Shown: piece by piece, positions 28,699 to 41,494 of the stretch
How positions within the stretch are numbered: position 1 is the first letter of the stretch
Layout: every line of letters begins with the position of its first letter
Made by a program: the position numbers and the translations under genes
Source of the DNA: Alphaproteobacteria bacterium
Lineage (GTDB): Bacteria > Pseudomonadota > Alphaproteobacteria > GM7ARS4 > G965262615
Direction: 5' to 3'
Assembly: GCA_965262615.1 (NCBI GenBank)
Contig: OZ253545.1
Location: 512,001-576,000 of the forward strand
Length of the DNA: 64,000 nt
Notes under the pieces: model-generated
Seen by the model: only the letters and a program-made list of their open reading frames with translations
What the model was told of the DNA's origin: nothing
Databases searched by the model: none

Positions 28699-30272
28699 GA
28701 GTCATCGCTCTCTTCTGCAATGCCAGCATCTTCGACTCGCTCATCATCTGGCAATGACGGCAAGTCTTCGGCAACTTTAATCGCTTTCATTTTTTCCCAA
28801 ATATCCATCTCTTCTTGAGAACTTACCTTACGGTAGAAATGATGCAAGTCTCTAATTTTCTTATCAGCATGATTGAACAATCTTTCTTCACGCTCCTTAC
28901 TGTCTCTCGTATCAAGCGCGGATTTTAGATCGTCTTTTTGAGACGGTGATAATTTTGAAAAGTGAGTACAAAATTCATCATACTCTTCTCTGCCACCGTA
29001 TTGGGTGTACCATGCTCGATTAAAGGTATACACATGCGGCTGAAAAAGAAGGTCTTCAAAATCATCATAGCTATCACCAAAGGCTGTTTTGAAAAACGCA
29101 GGATTGCCACTCACAATGCCATGGGTTGCTTGCAGGATAATTTGCATGGAGCGTAGCCAGTAAATGTTCCATTTTTCCCCGACATAACGGCGGTGAGGCT
29201 GATTGGTGGGCTGATAGCGCATAGGAAAGGAAAAAATCCTGATTCCTAACTCTTCATTGAGAGCCACATTGAGGCGCATCCGAGCAAAAAGGTCTTGAGG
29301 GCTATCGTGGAAATTATAAAGCATATAATTTGAAAGCTCAGTAATGCCAGCATCAAAGGCATAGCGGACCGCTTGTTCATAGGGTTTGCGTAATCCTCCA
29401 TGATCAAAGGCAATGCGTAATGGCTTAATGCAAATGGTTGCCATTTCCTGTAGAAAATGAGGTGATTTGCAAAGAATACGGGCATCCACGCCTTGATTAA
29501 AGTCCACACGGCGTTGTAATGAGCGTCCATTTCTTTTTAGTTTTGCACCCGCTTGAAATCCAAGATCGCGTATTTCAGCTATAATTTCCTTATAGCGTGG
29601 GGCAGCTGTGACATTGTTGTCCATCAAAATGAGGTCTTTCTTCTCGCCGTAGAGCTCAGCTACGCCATCAATAATGCGGCTCAATGATTGCGTTTCGCGC
29701 AAATCCCCTTCTAGTTTCGGAACACCACAAAAAGAACATTTACGAGTACAGCCCCGAGAAGCATAGGTGAAATAAGCATCCGATACAGGATATTGATAGT
29801 CAATGTGGTCAAGAATGCTGTAATCAGGGACATGGTCTTCAATGGGCGTTCCTTCTGTGTCATCGGCATAAAGGTCATTGGAAAAATGATCCAGCTGCAA
29901 TGAGGTTGCCGGATCCTTATCCAAAAGACCTTGAATAAAGCGCACGCCACTCCAGCGTGGCTCATCGGTGAATCGCTCGCGCATGAGAGAGGCGGCAATG
30001 CCGCCGACAAAAACCTTGTCAGCATTGCCACCAACCGCCTTGAGAGCAAAGTCTATGGATGCCGCAATGCGTTTATACTCAAAAGAAAAAAGGGTCGTGA
30101 TATAAATGCGATCCCAATGTTTTTGCAACACGCTTTCATCCTCTCCCTTGATAAAGCACACATGGTCATTTTTGCCTCGCTCACCGTGATACTGAGCAAT
30201 TTTCATGAGCCCCAACGGCGGATACTTGTTTTTATAGCCGGGCTCAATCAGCAAGATGTTTTTACCAGACAT
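28695..30272 (-). CDS. Radical SAM protein with B12-binding-like N-terminus
   Basis: ILLIEP...YPPLGLMK, VGGIAAS, SRGCTRKCSFC (CxxxCxxC), MDNN, DFNQG.DAR; start placed at MSGKN (30272). Confidence 0.9.
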   Translation of the reverse strand: MSGKNILLIEPGYKNKYPPLGLMKIAQYHGERGKNDHVCFIKGEDESVLQKHWDRIYITTLFSFEYKRIAASIDFALKAVGGNADKVFVGGIAASLMRERFTDEPRWSGVRFIQGLLDKDPATSLQLDHFSNDLYADDTEGTPIEDHVPDYSILDHIDYQYPVSDAYFTYASRGCTRKCSFCGVPKLEGDLRETQSLSRIIDGVAELYGEKKDLILMDNNVTAAPRYKEIIAEIRDLGFQAGAKLKRNGRSLQRRVDFNQGVDARILCKSPHFLQEMATICIKPLRIAFDHGGLRKPYEQAVRYAFDAGITELSNYMLYNFHDSPQDLFARMRLNVALNEELGIRIFSFPMRYQPTNQPHRRYVGEKWNIYWLRSMQIILQATHGIVSGNPAFFKTAFGDSYDDFEDLLFQPHVYTFNRAWYTQYGGREEYDEFCTHFSKLSPSQKDDLKSALDTRDSKEREERLFNHADKKIRDLHHFYRKVSSQEEMDIWEKMKAIKVAEDLPSLPDDERVEDAGIAEESDDS

Positions 30273-30279
30273 AGCCTTA

Positions 30280-31260
30280 TCAAGGTTCTTTCGCAAGAAA
30301 ATCATCCACTCGCTGTAAAGCGCGCTTGATCTTTCTGACGATAGGGGCACATTTATTGCGCTCTTGTTTTTGCATATCGGAATCCAGTGGCGCATTTGAC
30401 AAGCGGGAATTGACGCTTTTTAATGTTTTTTCCAAGGGTGACCTTTGTGAAAGCTCATAAGCTTCATCCAATGAAATCTCTCCCTTGATTAATTTTTGCA
30501 ACATTTTCTTTTTTTCTATAATAGTAGGCATCTTATTTCTGAGATCTTGTGTAGAAAAAGGAGGGTCATTTTTTATTTCTTTCAAAAGATACTTCTTAAA
30601 ATCTGCATTAGAAGCCATCTCGCTTTTTACAGCGCGACGCAGCACAATACCTTCGTAGTAGTGGCTAAAATGGGGCTTTTTATTGTCCCCATTTTCACGC
30701 ATCATTTTTATTGTTTCGACATAATTTTGAAGTTCAGACTTGCTTAGAGAGAACCTTATAACCATTTCTTCATAAGAAATCTTCTCTTCTTCTATTCTCC
30801 TATAAAGCTTGCCAGCAAGTTCATACGGGTCCCAGGGTGTCTTTCCCTCGGAATGCTCGAGATCAAGAAAAGAATCTATCTGTCTTTCACTAATATCTGC
30901 TACTACTTTGCAGCGGATAGATTCCCATTTGTGGGGATCTTTTTGATAAAGCAGGCGGTAAGCTGCTAAGCGCGAATTCCCTTCAATCACTTCCTTCTTC
31001 TTAAAATTAACAAAGATTGGATTTATCAAGCCTCCATGCTTATTGATACTTCCAACCAATTTTTTCTTGACATGGCTCTCACCTTGCAATTTGTGTTCTA
31101 TAACGACCTGCAGTTGGTCGTAGGGCAATTTCCGCTCATCATCAGATATCGAAGAATACACACGGGGGTTGTCAGGCAAATACCTGAGCTCATTAACATC
31201 CATAGATTGAATTTCAAAAGGAATCTCATCACCCAGAATGTGTATGTAGCTATCACTCAT
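30280..31260 (-). CDS. ParB/Srx-like domain protein 2
   Basis: DNPR...SI..HGGL.NPI.V...VIEGNSRLAA...W.PYE.A. Confidence 0.78.
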   Translation of the reverse strand: MSDSYIHILGDEIPFEIQSMDVNELRYLPDNPRVYSSISDDERKLPYDQLQVVIEHKLQGESHVKKKLVGSINKHGGLINPIFVNFKKKEVIEGNSRLAAYRLLYQKDPHKWESIRCKVVADISERQIDSFLDLEHSEGKTPWDPYELAGKLYRRIEEEKISYEEMVIRFSLSKSELQNYVETIKMMRENGDNKKPHFSHYYEGIVLRRAVKSEMASNADFKKYLLKEIKNDPPFSTQDLRNKMPTIIEKKKMLQKLIKGEISLDEAYELSQRSPLEKTLKSVNSRLSNAPLDSDMQKQERNKCAPIVRKIKRALQRVDDFLAKEP

Positions 31261-32732
31261 TTCAAAAAATCATCCTCTAAGGTCATTTTCAAGAAATTCT
31301 CCAAGTCCGATTTTACATCAAAATCAAATGACGCGTCAAACTCTTTTTGATTTTGATCCCCTTGTGCCAATTGAGCTGCTTGATGCTTTGCTTTAAGGAG
31401 ACGAGCCGTCCACAGGTCAATGGTTTGATCGGCGATGAGGTTATGGACAAAACAATGTTGCTCTTGTGAAATTCTGTGAATGCGGTCTTGTGCCTGCAAA
31501 TAATCATCCAAACTGAAACTCCGATCATAAAAAATCGCATGATTAGCCACCGTTAAGGTGAGTCCCTCTTTGGCTGAGCCGGGTGTGGCAATGAGAATTT
31601 GGCAATTCTTGTCGCCCTTGAATTTTTGCACGGCATGGTGGCGTTCATCCATTGTTTTTTTGCCATGAATTTTTGCAACGCCATAATGTTTCAGCTGACT
31701 TGCCAGCCAGTCTGCATTTTTGATGAAGCTTGTCCACACAATCACTTTTTCATTTTGCATGGTGATTGTGTCCACCATTTTTTGCAGTTCAACAAACTTA
31801 CATGGAATCTCATCGTATTTATCATCAAAAATAAAAGGATTGGATGCACACTGCACGAGGCGCAAAAGCCCCTTGAGAATGTTGTTAATTGTATCCAGCA
31901 GAATATCATCCATTCTGTACATGAATTCATCTCTGTATTGGCGATAGATTTCCTCCTGCCGTGGCGCAAGAGGCACTTTATGCTCCCTAATCGTCTTTGA
32001 CGGCAATTCAATTCCTGAAGATTGTTTTGTCTCACGAATGGCAAAGTGCTTAATTGAATTGAAGATGCCAGACAGAACATCGCTGTATTTTTCATCCGTT
32101 TCATCATTTTTCATATCAGGCAAGTCCGTTTGTCTTTTGAATTGATCAAAAGAATCCCCTAATGCTTTGCCTCCATCCAGAAAATTGATTTGTGACCAAA
32201 TATCATAGGGGCGATTGGCAACGGGCGTTCCTGTCATGATGATGCGCCGTTCAAAAGATGGCGCCATGTTCAAAAATACTTTGGTGATTTTGGAGTCAGG
32301 ATTTTTGATTTTATGTGCCTCATCCAAAATCACACCGACACGACAGGTTTGCAAAAAAATCTTCAGCAATTCTTCATTGGCTGTCAAAACTTCATAATTC
32401 ATCACATAGAGAAGCACAGGCGAATTGAGCAGCATGCTATTTTCTCTACGCTTTTGTGAAAGAATACTTGGCTTGATATGACAGTGAACCTGAGCCTCTT
32501 CTCGCCAATTATGAACAAGAGATTTTTTTGTGACGATAAAAACCGTATCCACAATGTCCTTTGTGAGCCAAAAAAGAGTGAGATCCAAAGCAATCTTGGT
32601 TTTTCCTAATCCTTGTTCATGAAAAACAGCCGCATAGGGCAAGTCTTGAATTGCTCGCAGTGCATCCAACTGATACGGAAAAGATTCCGTTTTGCCCATG
32701 AAGCTGGGAGGCTTTTTCAAAACAAATGCCAT
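31257..32732 (-). CDS. SNF2-family helicase/ATPase
   Basis: EQGLGKT, LDEAH, MTGTP.AN, KVIVW, GLTLT.A, QA.DRIHRI; AGGAGG RBS before ATG 32732. Confidence 0.92.
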   Translation of the reverse strand: MAFVLKKPPSFMGKTESFPYQLDALRAIQDLPYAAVFHEQGLGKTKIALDLTLFWLTKDIVDTVFIVTKKSLVHNWREEAQVHCHIKPSILSQKRRENSMLLNSPVLLYVMNYEVLTANEELLKIFLQTCRVGVILDEAHKIKNPDSKITKVFLNMAPSFERRIIMTGTPVANRPYDIWSQINFLDGGKALGDSFDQFKRQTDLPDMKNDETDEKYSDVLSGIFNSIKHFAIRETKQSSGIELPSKTIREHKVPLAPRQEEIYRQYRDEFMYRMDDILLDTINNILKGLLRLVQCASNPFIFDDKYDEIPCKFVELQKMVDTITMQNEKVIVWTSFIKNADWLASQLKHYGVAKIHGKKTMDERHHAVQKFKGDKNCQILIATPGSAKEGLTLTVANHAIFYDRSFSLDDYLQAQDRIHRISQEQHCFVHNLIADQTIDLWTARLLKAKHQAAQLAQGDQNQKEFDASFDFDVKSDLENFLKMTLEDDFLK

Positions 32733-33154
32733 TTTATTTTTCCTCCTGCTTTTAAGAACCAAGCGTCACACTCATCAAAAACAATCATGTGGGTTCTTTT
32801 TAATTTCATGTCGTCTCGTAATTTTTCTAGCACGAATTGCGTTTTTTCCAAGCACTCATAAGGCACAGACAACATCAATTGATTATCTTTACCTTTTTCA
32901 AGGTAAGATAAAAAAGACTTGAATTGGCTGATACTATGACGACGCTCAATATCAAATGATGTCTTAGCCTCGCCAATGATAATCTGTTTTTTCGTTTCGG
33001 CGTATAGGTCAGGTCTGTGGCTACCGATAATGGGAGGTGTGGGGTCTCCCGGCTTTTCTTGAGCATCAACTACAGCCTTACTATCAGGAAAATTCTCATT
33101 GAGCCAAATTTCCATTTTTTTCACTAAGAGTCTGTGTTGCTCGCTTTCAGCCAT
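32717..33154 (-). CDS. Small PD-(D/E)XK nuclease-fold protein
   Basis: ES..H..L...RPDLYA...IIIGEAKT motif. Confidence 0.65.
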   Translation of the reverse strand: MAESEQHRLLVKKMEIWLNENFPDSKAVVDAQEKPGDPTPPIIGSHRPDLYAETKKQIIIGEAKTSFDIERRHSISQFKSFLSYLEKGKDNQLMLSVPYECLEKTQFVLEKLRDDMKLKRTHMIVFDECDAWFLKAGGKIKWHLF

Positions 33155-33173
33155 ATTGCAAGCTTAGCTATAA

Positions 33174-34199
33174 TTAATCCTTCCGCACCATCTGAAGAAG
33201 TGATTGCAAGTGGCTCAGTAAAGAATCCAAAACTCTCACTTCATCTTGTGCGTCTTCATTGCCAGCATCTTGTAGTCTTTGCACTTCAGAAAAAGACAGG
33301 GATGAAATTTTTTGCGACAGATTATCTGCCAATTGGCTTAATGACGCATTGCTCAAATTTTCATTGCCGGATTTTTGCTTTTCCTTCACTATGAGAAAAT
33401 CATTTGCTTCGCCGACCGAATTGATACCTCCTTTGAGGAATATATTTTTAGCCTCTGGGTCACGAAGGACTTTAGGTAAAATTCTCACATCCGCTAGGCG
33501 ATGAATCCAGCCATCGCGAATCCATTTTCCAAAATCTTCCAGCGAGTGACCGCTATCAAAGATAGCTTTCTTAACACCAGCCTTTTGCAATTCAACGAAG
33601 CCACTAAATCTATCTATGTGGAATTCATTGTCATTGACAGTGTTTTTATAAAATTCAATCATATCTTCATAAGCCTCTATCAAAATTTCAATTTCTCTTT
33701 TATTGCCGCCACAAAGAGCAACAATTTGATCGCGGCTCATAAAATTTTGATAATAGAGCTCATGCAAGTATTTTGCTTTTTCGTAAGCCGGCCAATCCCT
33801 CGGCGGCACCATGTGGGCAGCTATTCTGATGGTCTCAATACCAGCGCGGTCAATATTTTCTTTTACCTGTGCAGGTATTTTTCCCCAATGACCTGAAGCA
33901 TCATTTTTGAGAAATTCATGATAAATTGCCAAGCGTGTGTTTCCATCTATGCATTTGTACTCTCCATTTTCAATGACAACAATAATTGGCTGCTCGATTT
34001 TGCCGCCTGCTCTGATTGAATCTCTGAGCTTTGCAAAAGCTCCACTAGAGCCAGACTCACCTTCTCCAGCAGATCGCAAAGCAAAATAAATGCGTTCCGC
34101 CGTTATTTTGTCGCCATACTTCTCAAGTGCATTTTTGATGCGAGGATTCCCCGTATCGTATTCAATCTTATCAATATCAAGCAGCTGAATATCACTCAT
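33174..34199 (-). CDS. ParB/Srx-like domain protein 1
   Basis: NPRI...L.DSI...G.I.QPI.V...CIDGNTRLA...W.AYEKA; distant paralogue of 30280..31260. Confidence 0.78.
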   Translation of the reverse strand: MSDIQLLDIDKIEYDTGNPRIKNALEKYGDKITAERIYFALRSAGEGESGSSGAFAKLRDSIRAGGKIEQPIIVVIENGEYKCIDGNTRLAIYHEFLKNDASGHWGKIPAQVKENIDRAGIETIRIAAHMVPPRDWPAYEKAKYLHELYYQNFMSRDQIVALCGGNKREIEILIEAYEDMIEFYKNTVNDNEFHIDRFSGFVELQKAGVKKAIFDSGHSLEDFGKWIRDGWIHRLADVRILPKVLRDPEAKNIFLKGGINSVGEANDFLIVKEKQKSGNENLSNASLSQLADNLSQKISSLSFSEVQRLQDAGNEDAQDEVRVLDSLLSHLQSLLQMVRKD

Positions 34200-34218
34200 T
34201 GCTCACATCCGTCGGGCA

Positions 34219-34246
34219 ATTATACCATAAGTGGATTGATTCACAA
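34219..34246 (-). promoter_or_regulatory. Promoter of the six-gene operon
   Basis: Minus strand TTGTGA-16 bp-TATAAT with extended -10 TG, just upstream of ATG 34199. Confidence 0.6.
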
Positions 34247-34343
34247 AAGCCTATGGAGAAAAATTTATCCGATTATCATCGTGGGACACAACCTCTTGCC
34301 TTTTCAGAAAAGTTAGGTATTATAGGGGCTTGCAAGTCATTAC

Positions 34344-34432
34344 TGGCGGATGGGGCGGGATTCGAACCCGCGAGGAGCAAAACCCCTGCCGGTTTTCAAG
34401 ACCGGTGCATTCGACCACTCTGCCACCCATCC
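34344..34432 (-). tRNA. tRNA-Ser(TGA)
   Basis: GGATGGG...CCGGT-CTTGAAA-ACCGG...long variable arm...GGTTCGAATCC...CCCATCCGCCA. Confidence 0.96.
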
Positions 34433-34484
34433 AAAAACAACTCTAGCAGAGTGCAGCCCGCCTGTCTCTTAATTTGATGAGTAA

Positions 34485-36935
<2,451 letters not shown>

Positions 36936-36950
36936 GAATGGAAGAGTCGG

Positions 36951-38942
36951 ATGCATCATCCCTCGCCTTTTGACTCCTCGCCGTTTGCTCCTCCCTTTCC
37001 GCCCAAACGTTCGTTGTTCATGATGGCGATTGTGATGATGGTGCGCTTGGCGGCGGCATTGGCGGTGGTGGTGCTGGCGGTGGTGTTGTGGTACGGACGA
37101 GATTTGCCGAGGGTGGGAGAATCGGTGCATCCTGTGACTGCACCAAGCATCACTTTTTTAGACCGAGCGGGAAAAATTATGGCGGTGCGCGGGGCTTTTC
37201 GCGGTGAGGAGGTCTCTTGGGAGGAACTGCCACAGCACTTGATTGATGCCATTATTGTCACTGAAGACAGGCGGTTTTTCTCCCATCATGGTTTTGATGT
37301 GCGCTCCATTGTGCGTGCCGGATGGAGCAATATACGCTCCTTGCAGGTCAAGGAGGGCGGCAGCACCATCACACAGCAGCTGGCAAAGAATCTTTTTTTG
37401 ACTCCGCAGCGCACACTCAAGCGCAAGGTGCAGGAATTGTTGCTGAGCATTGCTCTTGAGTTTAGATACGACAAAAAGGAGATTTTCACGGCATATGTGA
37501 ATCGCGTTTATTTCGGTGCGGGAGCATGGGGCATTGGAGCGGCGGCGCGCATTTATTTTGGCAAGGATGTGGCATTGCTCAACATTTATGAATCGGCTCT
37601 GCTGGCAGGATTGTTGCGCGCGCCGTCACGCTATGCTCCCATCCATGCACCCCAAGAGGCACATGGCAGGGCGCGGCGCGTGCTGCTCAATATGGTGGAT
37701 GGCGGCATGATCAGTTTGGATGAAGCTCAATTTCTTTTGTCGCAAGGCGATAGTGAGCTGCATCAGCGAGAGCATCTGTTTGCCTCGCACTATTTTATTG
37801 ATTGGTTGATGCCTGAGGTTCAGGCGTTTGTGGATAAAGTCCAGCGCAATGTGATTGTGGAGACCACATTGGATATGGATTGGCAACAGAACAGCTCTCA
37901 ATTGGTGGGGGAATTGATTGAGCGAGAAGGCGAGCCGTTGTTGTTGGAACAAGCGGCGGTGCTGGTGATGAATCTATCGGGAGCGGTGCGGGTGATGGTG
38001 GGAGGCAAGGATTATTTAGCCAATCGTTACAATCGTGCCACCCGAGCATTGCGGCAACCGGGGTCGGCATTCAAATTATTTGTCTATTTGGCGGCACTGG
38101 AGGAGGGGCGCGCGCTGGATTCGTGGATGGAAGATCAAGCCATTGATATTGATGGGTGGCGACCGCGCAATTTTGATGAAGACTATCATGGAACGGTGTC
38201 GCTGGCATCGGCGTTTGCTCAGTCTCTTAACACGGTGGCGGTGCAGTTGAGCGAGGAGATGGGACGACAAAAAGTCATTGATATGGCATTGCGTTTTGGC
38301 ATTGAGGGGGTCGTGCCCAACACGCCGTCGGTTGCATTGGGGACGGCGAATATTAATTTGCTCTCTCTCACCAGTGCCTATGGCATGATTGCCCGCGGCG
38401 GCACGACTCTTCACGCCTATGGCATTGTCCGCATGACCGATGAACAAGGAGCTGTGCTCTATGAGCATCCGTCCGGGCAAGAGCAGGTGTCGCTGATTGA
38501 TGACAAAGCCGCCGAGACAATGACCGCCATGATGCGTTATGCCATGATACGAGGAACAGGGCGCGGGGCGTATCTGGAAAAACGCCCCGCAGCAGGCAAG
38601 ACAGGGACAAGTCAAAATTTTCGTGATGCATGGTTTGTGGGTTTTACGGCGAACTATGTGGCGGGTGTCTGGGTGGGCAACGATGACGAATCGGCAATGG
38701 CGGAAGTGACGGGCGGGTCTGTTCCCGCTCAATTGTGGCGGCAGGTGATGCTGCCCTTGCATGAATCTCTTCCCGTCACGCCGTTGGCGGGCGATGAGCT
38801 GGTGCGCTTGTTTCAAAGTATGGAAGCTTCTCCCCCTCCTGCAACACAAAGTGTGGGTTCTGGCGAGGAAGATGGCCAGGGTGATGGAGAGAGTGGTGGA
38901 GAGATTGAGACTCTGTTGCGCCGTCTGAATTTACTGGAATGA
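36951..38942 (+). CDS. Class A penicillin-binding protein (PBP1A family)
   Basis: EDRRF, GGSTITQQLAKN, RKVQE, GSAFK, SLN, KTG. Confidence 0.94.
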   Translation: MHHPSPFDSSPFAPPFPPKRSLFMMAIVMMVRLAAALAVVVLAVVLWYGRDLPRVGESVHPVTAPSITFLDRAGKIMAVRGAFRGEEVSWEELPQHLIDAIIVTEDRRFFSHHGFDVRSIVRAGWSNIRSLQVKEGGSTITQQLAKNLFLTPQRTLKRKVQELLLSIALEFRYDKKEIFTAYVNRVYFGAGAWGIGAAARIYFGKDVALLNIYESALLAGLLRAPSRYAPIHAPQEAHGRARRVLLNMVDGGMISLDEAQFLLSQGDSELHQREHLFASHYFIDWLMPEVQAFVDKVQRNVIVETTLDMDWQQNSSQLVGELIEREGEPLLLEQAAVLVMNLSGAVRVMVGGKDYLANRYNRATRALRQPGSAFKLFVYLAALEEGRALDSWMEDQAIDIDGWRPRNFDEDYHGTVSLASAFAQSLNTVAVQLSEEMGRQKVIDMALRFGIEGVVPNTPSVALGTANINLLSLTSAYGMIARGGTTLHAYGIVRMTDEQGAVLYEHPSGQEQVSLIDDKAAETMTAMMRYAMIRGTGRGAYLEKRPAAGKTGTSQNFRDAWFVGFTANYVAGVWVGNDDESAMAEVTGGSVPAQLWRQVMLPLHESLPVTPLAGDELVRLFQSMEASPPPATQSVGSGEEDGQGDGESGGEIETLLRRLNLLE

Positions 38943-39705
38943 CTTCTTGACGATGATTAATGACTTCCCCAACAATCACCAGTGATGGCGGCGTGAGGTC
39001 AGCCGCACGCCGCGCCAACCGATTGAGCGGTGCAATAATAACCTTTTGCTGAGGTGTGGTGGCATGGGCAATGACCGCCGCGGGCTCATCAGGGTCTCTG
39101 CCGTTCTCAATGAGCAAATCACAGATGCGAGTCAATTTAGACAGTGCCATGAAGAACACCAGCACAGGAGAGGCGCGCGCAATGATATGCCAATCCAATT
39201 GCTGAGGAATATCGCCGCTTTTGTCGTGTCCGGTGATCATCATCACGGAGGCATTGACAAGGCGATGCGTCAGAGGAATTCCTGCGTATGAACACGCCGC
39301 CGTCACAGAAGAGATCCCCGGAATGATGCGTGTGGGAATGGCGTGGTGAGCCAATGCGGTGAGTTCTTCGCCACTGCGAGCGAACACGAGGGGGTCGCCT
39401 CCCTTGAGACGCAAGACTCTTTTGCCCGCCTTGGCTTCAGCAATGAGGCATTGATTGATGGATTCCTGTGTTGGCACACACCGTGCGCCGCGCCGTTTGC
39501 CCACAAAAATCGTCTCGGCATCAGGATGAATAAACTGAAGCAATTGGGTGTTGACCAAGCTGTCATAAAGAACAGTATCGGCGCGCCGCAGAGCATCCAT
39601 GAGATGAAGGGTGATGAGTCCCATGTCCCCAGTGCCTGCGCCGCCAATCCAGACACTGCCCGCGGCAAAAGGCGGACAAAAGGAAGAAAAATCAGGCTGT
39701 GTCAT
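38776..39705 (-). CDS. cobA: Uroporphyrinogen-III C-methyltransferase
   Basis: G.G.GD..L.T, VGKR, RLKGGDP.VF.R.GEE, PGISS; C-terminal tail overlaps the PBP gene. Confidence 0.92.
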   Translation of the reverse strand: MTQPDFSSFCPPFAAGSVWIGGAGTGDMGLITLHLMDALRRADTVLYDSLVNTQLLQFIHPDAETIFVGKRRGARCVPTQESINQCLIAEAKAGKRVLRLKGGDPLVFARSGEELTALAHHAIPTRIIPGISSVTAACSYAGIPLTHRLVNASVMMITGHDKSGDIPQQLDWHIIARASPVLVFFMALSKLTRICDLLIENGRDPDEPAAVIAHATTPQQKVIIAPLNRLARRAADLTPPSLVIVGEVINHRQEVIPVNSDGATESQSLHHSLHHPGHLPRQNPHFVLQEGEKLPYFETSAPAHRPPTA

Positions 39706-41494
39706 GATTCATGAGGAACAGCTGTTCCATTTGTTCAAGGAGCGTCTCCCCCAGCTGGGTGGCATCGGAGATGGTGACTGCATGGCGATAGTATTTGGAC
39801 ACATCATGCCCAATGCCAATGGCTTTGAGCTCAATGGGGGTGTGATTTTCAATATGATGCACCACCGCCGCCAGATGATCTTCCAAGAGATTGCCATGAT
39901 TGGCGGAGAAGGTGGAGTCATCCACAGGTGCGCCATCGGAGATGACCAGCAGGATGCGTCTGTCCTCAAATCGCCGCAGCAGGCGTTGGCATGCCCACAA
40001 TAGAGCTTCGCCATCAATGTTTTCTTTGAGCAGTCCCTCTTTGAGCATTAATCCCAGTCGTTGTCTGCCGTGACGCATGGGGGTGTCGCCATCTTTATAG
40101 ATGATGTGCAGCAGTTCATTGAGGCGACCCGGATTTTGAGGTTTGCCGTCACTGGTCCACAGTTCTCTGAGTCGTCCGCCTTTCCAAGCGTTGGTGGTAA
40201 AGCCGCAGATTTCGCTTTTGACACCGCATCGCTCCAGAGTGCACGCGAGAATGTCGGCACACATGGCTGCCAAAGCGATGGGGCGACCCCGCATAGAGCC
40301 CGAATTGTCAATGAGCAATGTCACAACCGTGTGACGCACTGAGGCGCGCTGTTCCTGTCGCCACGGTGTTGGATACAGAGGATTGGCAATCACGCGGGCG
40401 AGGCGCGAGCCATCAAGAAATCCCTCTTCGCAATCAAGCCGCCAGTTTTGTTTGTTTTTGGCGAGCAATCGTCTTTGCAGACGTTTTGCAAGACGCACCA
40501 CAACGGCGCGATAGGGAGCGATTTGCTCGTCCAATGATTGCCGCAGATGACGCAGCTCCTCATGGCTTGCCAGTTCCATAGGGGTGCAGGTGGAGTCGTA
40601 ATGCCTGCTGTAGGGGCGATAGCGGTGAAATATGTGCTGACTTTCATCATGGGTGTCATGAGGCGACAACAGAGGATGACGCGCCTCTTCCTGATGAGGC
40701 ATGGGAATCCAGTGATTTTTTTTCTTGGGTTGCTTTTGCGTGAGACGAGATTCATCCCCATCGGATTCGGCGGCGGTGAGGGAGGCTGTATCGTCACCAA
40801 GTGAGTCCTCTTCCGAAGGAGCGGGCGGCGCATCTGTCTCATCATCTGCTGGGGGCGGCTGTGTTTCTTGAACCTGATCATGCCAGAGGGTGAGCCACTG
40901 CTGGCAGGCGTGGGCAAAGCGGCCTTGGTCATGAACGAGAGGAAGCAATGATTCCATGACGGGAGCAAAAAAATTCATCAGCACATGATTTTTTTCCGTG
41001 ACAATGCGCCGATGGTGAGGGTGAGCCTTGCCCGCCGCCGCCAGCAACAAAAAACGCAAACGCAAAGCATCATTGTCAGATGCGTGGCGACTCATCTCGC
41101 TCAGACGCGCCTGCAAATTGGCTTCCAAGCCTTTCATGTCTTGTGTGCCGCACAAAAACAGACGGGTCTCCTCAAGGGCATCATAGCCCTGTGCCAGTGA
41201 CGAATGGTGCGGACGATATTGCTGGTGAATGGTACTGTCATGAAAACGCAGTGCCAATGCAATGGCATCCCCTTGTCCTCTTAGATGGACGCGTTGCTTG
41301 GGCGACAGCGATGAGTCGTCAAGCCATTGTTGCTTGCTTTGGGTGATGCAAATTCTGTGCGGCGATTCCAGTGGGTCGGCGGGGGACTCCTCATAGCGAC
41401 AGGAAACATCGGCAGACGATGCGCCAATCGCTTGCGTCACTTTGACCAGATGCTCGCAAAATAATTCTTTAGGATGGCGCATAATCGTTGCCAC
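39692..41494 (-). CDS. cobT: Cobaltochelatase subunit CobT
   Basis: [47 protein letters not shown]. Confidence 0.94.
   Translation of the reverse strand: MATIMRHPKELFCEHLVKVTQAIGASSADVSCRYEESPADPLESPHRICITQSKQQWLDDSSLSPKQRVHLRGQGDAIALALRFHDSTIHQQYRPHHSSLAQGYDALEETRLFLCGTQDMKGLEANLQARLSEMSRHASDNDALRLRFLLLAAAGKAHPHHRRIVTEKNHVLMNFFAPVMESLLPLVHDQGRFAHACQQWLTLWHDQVQETQPPPADDETDAPPAPSEEDSLGDDTASLTAAESDGDESRLTQKQPKKKNHWIPMPHQEEARHPLLSPHDTHDESQHIFHRYRPYSRHYDSTCTPMELASHEELRHLRQSLDEQIAPYRAVVVRLAKRLQRRLLAKNKQNWRLDCEEGFLDGSRLARVIANPLYPTPWRQEQRASVRHTVVTLLIDNSGSMRGRPIALAAMCADILACTLERCGVKSEICGFTTNAWKGGRLRELWTSDGKPQNPGRLNELLHIIYKDGDTPMRHGRQRLGLMLKEGLLKENIDGEALLWACQRLLRRFEDRRILLVISDGAPVDDSTFSANHGNLLEDHLAAVVHHIENHTPIELKAIGIGHDVSKYYRHAVTISDATQLGETLLEQMEQLFLMNHDTA

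Larger units (their letters stand above)
26043..34343. mobile_element. Decayed genomic island at tRNA-Ser 3' end (no integrase seen)
   Basis: AT-rich block abutting the tRNA CCA end; contains AlpA and GIY-YIG remnants, a C4-like RNA and a six-gene operon. Left boundary is inferred from the 26-bp motif and the return to core genes. Confidence 0.7.
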
